Assembly: GCA_029561455.1 (NCBI GenBank)
Contig: JAKQIY010000064.1
Coordinates: 53,579-117,578, forward strand
DNA: 64,000 nucleotides
Origin: a bacterium
GTDB lineage: Bacteria > Zhuqueibacterota > Zhuqueibacteria > Residuimicrobiales > Krinioviventaceae
Direction: 5' to 3'
Every line of letters begins with the position of its first letter. Position 1 is the stretch's first letter. This document shows, one piece after another, positions 38,516-46,926 of this stretch. The translations under genes and the position numbers were made by a program. The notes under the pieces are model-generated. The model was given only the letters and a program-made list of their open reading frames with translations. It did no database searches and had not been told where the DNA came from.

Positions 38516-40711
38516 TTATCTGAGAAAACGTTCAACAAGTTTTTTAAATCCGGTTTTGGTAAAATCGGCTTCTTCAAAGAAATCGGACGAGGTCACATCT
38601 TCATCTTGGGTTTCATTTTGAACAGGTTTGATCTCTTCCTGGTTTATGACCGGAATTTGAGTATTTAATTGCTGCGGAGTTAGGAAAGCGTTACTTTCCT
38701 GAATAAATGCGGCGCCAGGTGCAACCTGGGGAGCAGGTTCGTTTTGCAGAGCTTCCGGTTGTTCATTTTCCAGATCCGGTTCGGGTAACGATCTCTCTTT
38801 AGCCTGTACATACATCACCCGGTTATCGATGGCGATTGCGATCTGGTTAGCCAGAATTTCCAAAGTATGCATAGTATCCAATGAAGGTAAGCGGCAATCT
38901 ACAGGATCATCGACAATTAAAAAGCCGATAATTTTTCCTTCCCGCGATTTGATCGGTACAATGATCACAGCCCAGTTCGGCCAGCAATCTGCAAAAAATT
39001 CTCCACCATCTGAACCATAATAAACACGCTTTAACGGGCGTAAAATCCGTTCTTCATTTTTCACAAAATAAGACTTGCCCAGCATATATTCTTTACGTAA
39101 CAGATTGCTGAATTCAGCAAGATCATAGTTTAACTCTTTGATTTGCGCCAGCTTTACTTTATCTTCACAAGCGACTGCTTTGGTTTCAAGCATACCGCTC
39201 TTTTTACTGATCAAAACCAGCGATACCATACTAAAATCAAGTGAAAACTTGACCGACCAGACCACCTCTTTTAATAATTCACTCAGGCTGTAATATAGCT
39301 TGAATACATTACTGTTAACCAGAATCTGTTTCATCCGCCGGTTACGACGCTCCAGTGTGGATATGCGATAATAGTTTTCCACAGTAATCGAAACAAGCCG
39401 ACTGAATAATTCCAGATTATAAAAAGTAGCTTTGGTCGGAACATTGCCAGGATGAGGTTCATCCAGCGAGATATAGCCAAAAGTACGGTTACTTTGATCG
39501 GTAAGATTCAAAATAATCAAATCACGTTTATGCCACTCCGGGATTGGTTGATTATCCAGGGAATTGTTTTGTACCAGTTCGTGATTTAAATTTGTCGTTA
39601 ACTGACGCTGTTCTTTTTTATGGTAAATAACTTTGACGTGTGATTTGTCGCTAAAGATCTTTTCCACTACTTTTTGCGGAACTTCCATAGTTTGCTGGCT
39701 AGCCGGATCTTCTTTTTCTGCATATCCAACCATTGCCTGTTTCACAAAGGCATGTTTGCGGGGGTCCAGTAACGCAACTGTAGAACGTTTAAAACCGAAT
39801 ACCTGGCATACCAGTTCAGAAAGATTTTTCAACAATACATCAATCGAATCCGTATAACTGCGATGAATAACATCGACAATTTCAGAGATCATATTTTTTT
39901 GATCGATGGAGTATTTTTGCAGAGCCACACTCGTTTTTTCTTCGGCAAGGATAATGAGATTACCGCGAAAACCAATAATAAGCTTGGGATTGGTATCGTC
40001 GTAAATAAGAGATAATTGTATACGTGCATGAGATTTTTGCCCACCCTTGTTTAACATGAAAACATCAAATGACGCGGCAGGCTTTTTAGCGGCAATATTA
40101 AATACTTTATTAAAGAAATCATTACTGTCTGTAAGCGATAAAATATCAATTATGGTTAATTCAAGCAATTCATCATTAGTATAACCGGTTACCTTTTGTA
40201 AATATTTACTTACAGAAAGAAAACGCCCTTTGCGGTCACAAACAAAATAACCGGATTCACCGCTTACCAGAGATACGGATTTTTCTTCTTTTACGGGTAA
40301 TGATGTAATTTTGTGAATGGGGGGTTGTGCCGGTTGTAATCTTTTTTTAAATTTTGCAGCGCGTTTCAGGCTTTCAGAAAGAGCGGCCAAATAACCTTTG
40401 CGTTTGATAACACATTCAAAAACACCCAGTTCCTTACCACGTATGGCGATAAAATCATCATCTTCATTTATAGTTAAAATGACCGGCAGATCATGACTAA
40501 TCTTTTTTATTGTATCACAAAATATTTCACGTTTTCCGTTTGCTAACTCGCTATCTATCAATAATATATCAAAATCAGCTTTTGTAAAATGATCAACTAC
40601 TTCCTGCAAAGTTGTCGCACCAAGCGGCAGGTAATGTTGATTTTGAACACTCAAAACCTGTCGCGTGGCTTCAACATAAGATGCGTTGGGATGAGCAATT
40701 ACTATTTTCAT
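38516..40711 (-). CDS. Degenerate receiver-PAS-GAF-GAF protein without a recognizable output domain
   Basis: Receiver-like N-terminus (DILLIDSEL) lacking the acidic pair; PAS (CDRKGRFL...TGY...EL); two GAF-like blocks ending ITVENY/IAIDNR; acidic tail. Confidence 0.75.
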   Translation of the reverse strand: MKIVIAHPNASYVEATRQVLSVQNQHYLPLGATTLQEVVDHFTKADFDILLIDSELANGKREIFCDTIKKISHDLPVILTINEDDDFIAIRGKELGVFECVIKRKGYLAALSESLKRAAKFKKRLQPAQPPIHKITSLPVKEEKSVSLVSGESGYFVCDRKGRFLSVSKYLQKVTGYTNDELLELTIIDILSLTDSNDFFNKVFNIAAKKPAASFDVFMLNKGGQKSHARIQLSLIYDDTNPKLIIGFRGNLIILAEEKTSVALQKYSIDQKNMISEIVDVIHRSYTDSIDVLLKNLSELVCQVFGFKRSTVALLDPRKHAFVKQAMVGYAEKEDPASQQTMEVPQKVVEKIFSDKSHVKVIYHKKEQRQLTTNLNHELVQNNSLDNQPIPEWHKRDLIILNLTDQSNRTFGYISLDEPHPGNVPTKATFYNLELFSRLVSITVENYYRISTLERRNRRMKQILVNSNVFKLYYSLSELLKEVVWSVKFSLDFSMVSLVLISKKSGMLETKAVACEDKVKLAQIKELNYDLAEFSNLLRKEYMLGKSYFVKNEERILRPLKRVYYGSDGGEFFADCWPNWAVIIVPIKSREGKIIGFLIVDDPVDCRLPSLDTMHTLEILANQIAIAIDNRVMYVQAKERSLPEPDLENEQPEALQNEPAPQVAPGAAFIQESNAFLTPQQLNTQIPVINQEEIKPVQNETQDEDVTSSDFFEEADFTKTGFKKLVERFLR

Positions 40712-41047
40712 ATTCCCATAATCTCCATATTCAAATAAGGGTGAATACCCTTTATAACTAGATAATTTAAAACAAGGTCCGACTACAAGTCACGTCATTC
40801 AATTTTTATCAACAAGGTAGTAATATAATGATATTATCTACAATACACAATCTAGTCTTTACCTGTCAGTGAGTACTTTTCGCCACATCCTGACATTTTG
40901 TTGCCTGCATGTCACTCCTGTATTAATTGATTACCAAAATCTCTTACAATAACCGGACATAAATTCAATAATAACAACAAAATTAAAAAGAACATTATTT
41001 CAGTATCATGAGTATAAATCAATACATTGTACGATACGCACATAAAA

Positions 41048-41066
41048 GCAAAATTTAAGCCAAAAT
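41048..41066 (-). promoter_or_regulatory. Sigma54 (-24/-12) promoter
   Basis: Minus strand TTTTGGCTTAAATTTTGC with exact GG-N10-GC spacing; near-identical copy at 45570-45588. Confidence 0.65.
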
Positions 41067-41292
41067 CAAAATACTAAAAATTTATTAAATTAAAAAACAC
41101 AGGATAGCAAACAGCCTGACAAGTGATAATTTAATAAAAAACATGACTAGTAAAATTATGAATACCTGAATTATATCATATCACTAAAACAAATAGGTTC
41201 TTATATAATAATGAGCGGCGAAACATAAACCTGATACGAATATGTAATAGTAGAGACTGCAGATATGTAACAAGAAATCAGGAGTATTCTTG

Positions 41293-41321
41293 TTGCTTTT
41301 TTTAAGAAATATGTTTATCAT
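41293..41321 (+). promoter_or_regulatory. Sigma70-type promoter for the KamA-like gene
   Basis: TTGCTT-N17-TATCAT. Confidence 0.45.
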
Positions 41322-41379
41322 TCATTAGAGACAAGACAATATACGATCTGAATTATTCATTTGATCAAAGAGTACAATT

Positions 41380-43176
41380 ATGAATTATAATAAAAAAAAT
41401 ATTGACCGATTTTTTTCCATTAATCCTACCATTTATAATTTGTTAAATGATGCAGAAAATCCGCTCATGGCAAAAAACTTTTTAAAAGTTTATATAGATG
41501 AAATGATCAATATATTGCATCGAAATAATCGCACAATTCAACCTCTGGAATGGTCCTTGCAAATGAATTGTTTGCAAACCTTTAGAAGAATAATCTCGGT
41601 TCGCAGTCAAAAATTAACCAAATTCAATATTGTCAAATTATTATGGCATTTAGCCAAAGAAAATATCAAAAAATTACCTGATGACTTGAACGATGGATTT
41701 TTTGAAGAGATGAGCCGCTTGTTTGCCGGAATGCTTGGTAAAAGCGGTATCTATAATGACGATATGATAGCCGGAAATGTCAGGTTAAAAGGACGGGACG
41801 CAGCCATTGACCGCTCTGAACGATTAGATGAAATGGCGTTAAAAGCGCAAAAGATCATCAGAAAATATAAATGCGGTCTGGACGAATCAATAATCAAGCT
41901 CAGGCAGGAAAATAAAAAAAGAATTTTGAACTATTTTAAAGCAACTGATGCGGAATGGAATGATTATCTATGGCAAATTCGTCATGTTATCAGAGATGCA
42001 AAGAAACTAGGCGAACTGGTAGAATTAACCGGTGAAGAAATAAAAGCTATAGAACTGGCCCGCAGCAATAACTTGCCGTTTGGAATTACACCTTATTATG
42101 TTTCCCTTATGGATAAAACTCCGGAAAGGACTGCCGATCATGCGATCAGAGCACAGGTAATACCACCTTTGGATTATGTAGAAACGATTATTGCGTGTAA
42201 GCAGGATCCATCTTATAGCTTTGACTTTATGCTGGAAAATAATACTTCTCCTGTGGATATTGTTACCCGCCGGTACCCGATGATCATTATTATTAAACCC
42301 TATAATACCTGCAGTCAGATATGTGTGTATTGTCAACGAAACTGGGAAATCAATGATGTTTTGGTGCCTCATGCTCTGGCATCCACAGCAAAAATTGACC
42401 GGGCAATTGAATGGGTAAAAGAGCATAAAGCAGTAACCGAAGTCTTGGTTACCGGGGGCGATCCCCTGGTAATGAAAGACGATAAAATCAATGAAATTCT
42501 TGCAAAGCTCTCTGCCATAAAACATGTTGAACGTATACGCATTGGGTCACGAACACCGGTGGTTCTTCCGCAACGGATAACCAATGAACTAATCAATACA
42601 ATTGCGCACTATCATCAACCAGGGAAAAGAGAAATTATACTCATTACCCATTTTGAACATAGTTATGAAATCACTCCCCAAGCAATGCAGGCGGTTCAAA
42701 AATTCAAAACCAGAGGCATGTCCGTATATAACCAGGCCGTATTTACCGTTGAAAATAGCCGCCGCTTTGAACTGGTAGCCTTACGGAACAAACTTAGATT
42801 AATTGGTGTTGACCCATATTATACCTTTAATACCAAAGGAAAGGAAGAAACCAAAAAATACCGCGTACCTCTGGCCAGGTTACAGCAAGAAACCAAAGAA
42901 GAAGCTCGTTTAATGCCGGGTACGGTAAGGACTGATGAGCCGGTATATAATGTTCCAGGCTTGGGTAAAAACTATATCAAAGCCCAACAGCACCATAGTT
43001 TACTTACAATTTTGCCGAATGGGAAGCGGGTTTATGAATTTCATCCCTGGGAAAAATATTTGTCGTTATCCAATACTTTTATTGATATTGATGTTTCAAT
43101 TTATGATTATTTGCAGGAAATGAAAAAACGTGGTGAAAATATTAAAGATTATCAATCAATCTGGTACTATTATTAG
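41380..43176 (+). CDS. KamA-family radical SAM/PLP aminomutase-like protein, long form
   Basis: ITPYY, RRYP, CSQICVYCQR, TGGDP, RIGSRTPVVLPQRIT, THFEH, PYY, VPGLGK (PLP Lys). Confidence 0.9.
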   Translation: MNYNKKNIDRFFSINPTIYNLLNDAENPLMAKNFLKVYIDEMINILHRNNRTIQPLEWSLQMNCLQTFRRIISVRSQKLTKFNIVKLLWHLAKENIKKLPDDLNDGFFEEMSRLFAGMLGKSGIYNDDMIAGNVRLKGRDAAIDRSERLDEMALKAQKIIRKYKCGLDESIIKLRQENKKRILNYFKATDAEWNDYLWQIRHVIRDAKKLGELVELTGEEIKAIELARSNNLPFGITPYYVSLMDKTPERTADHAIRAQVIPPLDYVETIIACKQDPSYSFDFMLENNTSPVDIVTRRYPMIIIIKPYNTCSQICVYCQRNWEINDVLVPHALASTAKIDRAIEWVKEHKAVTEVLVTGGDPLVMKDDKINEILAKLSAIKHVERIRIGSRTPVVLPQRITNELINTIAHYHQPGKREIILITHFEHSYEITPQAMQAVQKFKTRGMSVYNQAVFTVENSRRFELVALRNKLRLIGVDPYYTFNTKGKEETKKYRVPLARLQQETKEEARLMPGTVRTDEPVYNVPGLGKNYIKAQQHHSLLTILPNGKRVYEFHPWEKYLSLSNTFIDIDVSIYDYLQEMKKRGENIKDYQSIWYYY

Positions 43177-43187
43177 AAAGGGAAATT

Positions 43188-43367
43188 ATGACGGAAATGA
43201 ATGAGCAGCAGTCTGTGGGACCAACTGAAAGTGAGTACAAGGGAAAACCAATCTTGACATTAAATCCTGAGGACAGGTATCCCTTTTCATTCGGTGTTAC
43301 AAAAGCTAAATTGATTTTGCAATACCTGGACGAGATCAAGGCTTTTATTGAAAAATATGATAAATAA
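43188..43367 (+). CDS. Small hypothetical protein (59 aa), absent from the ORF track
   Basis: AAGGGA RBS; MTEMNEQQSVGPTESEYKGKPILTLNPEDRYPFSFGVTKAKLILQYLDEIKAFIEKYDK; starts 11 nt after the KamA stop and ends at a terminator. Confidence 0.75.
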   Translation: MTEMNEQQSVGPTESEYKGKPILTLNPEDRYPFSFGVTKAKLILQYLDEIKAFIEKYDK

Positions 43368-43400
43368 AAAAAAACCGTACAATTTCTTGTACGGTTTTTT
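43368..43400. terminator. Bidirectional intrinsic terminator
   Basis: AAAAAACCGTACAA-TTTC-TTGTACGGTTTTTT between convergent genes. Confidence 0.85.
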
Positions 43401-43424
43401 CAAAATTCTAAATAATAATTAATC

Positions 43425-44744
43425 TTAACCGATACGGCTTAACCATTCTTTGGCTTTGCCGATATACTCGCTATCAGGATACTTGTTTATCAGATCTTGC
43501 AGCATTGTCCTGGCGTTATTGTAATCGTTGATTTTCATATAGCATCTTCCCAGCATAAGGGTAGCATCGTCCTTTTTATAGGAAAAGCTATGCGTAAAAA
43601 CATTCTGGAAGGATTGAATCGCCATTTTATAATCGGCCATTGCAAAATAGGATTCGCCGATCCAGTAGTCACAGTTGCTGATCAGCTTATGATCGGGGAA
43701 ACGTTTTTTCAGGTCCTGAAACATACCAATTGCTTTGGAGAAATCCTTTGTATAATAAACCTGTAAGGCATTCTGATAGTCGTTCGAAAAAGAGCCTGAA
43801 CCGGCAGAGCTATACACACCGCCCCGGGTGGAACCACCAGAAGTTTGCAATTCTTTTTCCAGATCAGCAATGCGTTGATCTTTGAACGACAGATCCTGTT
43901 GCAAAGAATTGATCTCTTGTTGTTTGGCATTGATATTCTGGGACAATTCCTGGTAACGGGTTTGCAGAGTGGTTTGCGGTAACGGCGTGCTGGAAAAATC
44001 ATCGCCGGATTCAAGCTGCGCAAGGATATCATCCTCCACTTCACTGAATTCAACCTGTTCAAGGGCAAGTAAATCATCATCAGATTGCTGACGGGCACTG
44101 CGTTGCCCCATATAATAGGTTAAGCCAAAACGGGCATTCAAATACCCATCTTTAGAGCCACTTAAATCCGCGTTATTGATACCATCAATGTCATCGCCCA
44201 TGGTGAAGCGATAATCTGCCAGGGCTGTTAAAGCAACCTGCGGCGACACAAACAAATCCACACCGGCACCGAGTATCAGAGAACCATCATAAAAGGTAGA
44301 GCCCGATTTAACACCATTGGGTATCCTGGTTGGCGTGGGAATACCATTCACCAGTGGAAAATTTTTGGGATAATTATAGTATTCAAAACTGAAAGCACCC
44401 AGACCGATTGAAGCATAAGGGATAAAACTACCGGTGGAAACCAGATTAAAATTCGCCATTAAATCGATTGAATTCAGAAATGATGTAAATTCGCTGTTTT
44501 CATCAGCAAGACGACTGAAACCAATACCAAGGGATAAATTGAAACGATCGGACATTAGATAACGTCCGATTGCGCCGCCTGAAAGGGCATTGCCGGCTTT
44601 AGGGTAATCACAAAATGGATGAGAAAAACCGCCCACTGCGCCAATGCCGAATTTTGGCTGGGCGGTTGCATTTGTGCTGAAAACAAACTGTGATATCATC
44701 AACACAGTTACTGTTATTACAACAACTATTTTTAACTTGCTCAT
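43425..44744 (-). CDS. Outer-membrane beta-barrel fused to coiled coil and CpoB/YbgF-like TPR domain
   Basis: Signal peptide; barrel strands (FIPYASIGLG, NARFGLTYYMG); coiled coil; YWIGESYF...DDATLMLG...YPDSEY. Start moved to MSKLK at 44744. Confidence 0.78.
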   Translation of the reverse strand: MSKLKIVVVITVTVLMISQFVFSTNATAQPKFGIGAVGGFSHPFCDYPKAGNALSGGAIGRYLMSDRFNLSLGIGFSRLADENSEFTSFLNSIDLMANFNLVSTGSFIPYASIGLGAFSFEYYNYPKNFPLVNGIPTPTRIPNGVKSGSTFYDGSLILGAGVDLFVSPQVALTALADYRFTMGDDIDGINNADLSGSKDGYLNARFGLTYYMGQRSARQQSDDDLLALEQVEFSEVEDDILAQLESGDDFSSTPLPQTTLQTRYQELSQNINAKQQEINSLQQDLSFKDQRIADLEKELQTSGGSTRGGVYSSAGSGSFSNDYQNALQVYYTKDFSKAIGMFQDLKKRFPDHKLISNCDYWIGESYFAMADYKMAIQSFQNVFTHSFSYKKDDATLMLGRCYMKINDYNNARTMLQDLINKYPDSEYIGKAKEWLSRIG

Positions 44745-44834
44745 TTCTTGTCTCCCTTCACGGATGATATACATCAAAAACCAGATAAATCCTTTCATTA
44801 CGGTTTTACCGTAATCCTCCCTTTTACTTTCAAA

Positions 44835-45386
44835 TTAAAGAATACTTACTTCCTGTTCGTTTGTTAACTGACAATACAGGGTTAAAATTTCCTTTGGTAA
44901 AATATTCCTGATATGAATATTTTGCCCGGTATTTTCGTTATAAGCGTTTAATAGAATTTTTAATTGCATGAGTTTAATTTCAAATTGTTCTTCAGTAAAT
45001 CCATTTTTTAACAGGTTTTTTAATTCCAATAGTTTATCACCCACTTTATCAAAATAATAAGAACCGAGTGATTGACAAATAAATTCCTTTACTTTGTTGT
45101 CAATTACTATTTTGTGATCCAGGGCATTTTGCATTAAATTCTGGATCCTGAACACGTTTAGATTTTTTTCCAACCGTTTTTCAATACCGGCATAAAGCAT
45201 AATCGAGGGTGTGCGATTAAAATAGTCAGTATTTGGCGCTACTTTACGTAAAATATAATTTTCAATAACCTCCCGTTCATTAGCTAAAACTGCCCGGTGG
45301 GTTGCATATCGTATGGAATTTGTATCAGTTCCATAATTAATTCTGATTAAAACATCAATCTTGGGGAAAAAAAGTAACTCATTCAT
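44835..45386 (-). CDS. Hypothetical cytoplasmic protein
   Basis: 183-aa ORF in an AT-rich region, downstream of a sigma54 motif. Confidence 0.65.
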   Translation of the reverse strand: MNELLFFPKIDVLIRINYGTDTNSIRYATHRAVLANEREVIENYILRKVAPNTDYFNRTPSIMLYAGIEKRLEKNLNVFRIQNLMQNALDHKIVIDNKVKEFICQSLGSYYFDKVGDKLLELKNLLKNGFTEEQFEIKLMQLKILLNAYNENTGQNIHIRNILPKEILTLYCQLTNEQEVSIL

Positions 45387-45569
45387 TTGGCTTGACCGTT
45401 TTAGTAATTATCAGTTTAGATTGATTGTCTGTTACATCTTTGCTTTGCAAATTCCGTCGCATTATTTCATTATTCATTTTTTATGATACGCTTTTTGTAC
45501 CGGCTTTTTTACATTTATCTGTTTTAAGCAGGTTATAACATGAATAAAAATAATCGACTAAAATCTATC

Positions 45570-45588
45570 GCAAATTTTAAGCCAAAAT
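45570..45588 (-). promoter_or_regulatory. Sigma54 (-24/-12) promoter
   Basis: Minus strand TTTTGGCTTAAAATTTGC; 18/19 identical to the site at 41048-41066. Confidence 0.65.
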
Positions 45589-45865
45589 AAATGATAATTT
45601 CGTTTGATTTTATCCTACATTATATATGTCAGGTGAATTATTCATAAAATACAATTTCCATTATTTATCATTTTAAAAAACTTATTCCAAGTACATTAAA
45701 AATATAAAATTATCTAAATAAATATTTGTGCTGTAGATCAATATTTTGCAAACGCAGTTTTTTGGAAAATCTTTCTTACTCTATATAAAACAAACTTGAA
45801 CAGCTTTTTATTTTCATTAAATGTAACAGAATAATACACATTATGTTATAACAGTACAAAATTAC

Positions 45866-46813
45866 CTATTTGTAATTCAACAAAACTTTTAAATGTCCGC
45901 TTTGCGCGTAATCAAATGCAGCTATGGCATCATCAAAGGGGAACACTTTGGCAATCAACGGGTCGATACGAATCAATTCCTTTTCCAGCAGCCGGATAGC
46001 CGGGGCAAAGGGCCCGCATCGGGAACCGATCAGGGTTATTTCATCAACAACCAGGCCGGCAAAATTCAAATTCACCTTACCATGAAATGTACTTTTTAAT
46101 ACCAGTTGTCCGCGTGGTTTTAATAATTCCAGGGCTTTGAGCAAACCCTCCTTTTTACCGGAGGCTTCAATTACCAGATCAAATACTCTTTTATACTTTT
46201 TTGTAGTCGATTCTGTGTTGGCGCCCAGATTTTGAGCTATTAACAGTTTATCTTCATGCTTGCCAAAAAGTACACAATGTACACCAAGTAATTGAATAAC
46301 TTGTAAAATTAATAAAGCAAGTTTACCATCACCAATTATGGCGACACTGGTGGCAGGTATTATTTTAACCTGTTCAAGGATTTCCAGCGCTGCTGCCAGA
46401 GGTTCCACAAATACCGCATGTTCATCCGGTATGGAATCAGGAACCAGGCACAAATTAGCATCAGGCAAGGTAATATATTGAGCAAATACGCCTTGTTTAG
46501 CCAATATGCCAATAACACTGCGGTTTTGACAATGACGGCTGAGTCCCTGCAGACAAAAATCACATTTGCCGCAGCCGATATTAATCTCGCCAACGACACG
46601 TTTATTGATTAAAGTATGATTGCCGCTATCCTCAACAATGCCAACAAACTCATGACCCAGCACGCCTTTGTAACCCATATAACCTTTGATAATTTCAAGA
46701 TCGGTATTACAAATACCCGCCACAAGTATTTTAATTAAAGACTCGTTTTCTTTACGGGCCGGTTTTGGTAAATCAGCAATAAAGATCTTTTCATCAAATA
46801 CCAGAGCTTTCAC
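45866..46813 (-). CDS. Zinc-dependent medium-chain alcohol dehydrogenase
   Basis: GICNTD, GHEFVG, CGKCDFC...HC, GDGKLA. Confidence 0.9.
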   Translation of the reverse strand: MKALVFDEKIFIADLPKPARKENESLIKILVAGICNTDLEIIKGYMGYKGVLGHEFVGIVEDSGNHTLINKRVVGEINIGCGKCDFCLQGLSRHCQNRSVIGILAKQGVFAQYITLPDANLCLVPDSIPDEHAVFVEPLAAALEILEQVKIIPATSVAIIGDGKLALLILQVIQLLGVHCVLFGKHEDKLLIAQNLGANTESTTKKYKRVFDLVIEASGKKEGLLKALELLKPRGQLVLKSTFHGKVNLNFAGLVVDEITLIGSRCGPFAPAIRLLEKELIRIDPLIAKVFPFDDAIAAFDYAQSGHLKVLLNYK

Positions 46814-46926
46814 TACGATCTCTATAATTTATCATACAATGGGAAATTTGTGATAATTTAAATAAAAATATATATTTTGTCAAGAAATTTGTTATAACTG
46901 CAATATGGACAAATAGTAACGCTTAT

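Noticed and set aside
40812-40910. Selenocysteine read-through of the TGA in the small leader ORF
   Set aside because: No SECIS-like hairpin or redox motif is evident, and the extension is not protein-like.
43142-43339. 65-aa minus-strand ORF in the track
   Set aside because: The plus-strand 59-aa ORF at 43188-43367 has an RBS, operon fit and terminator, so it is preferred.
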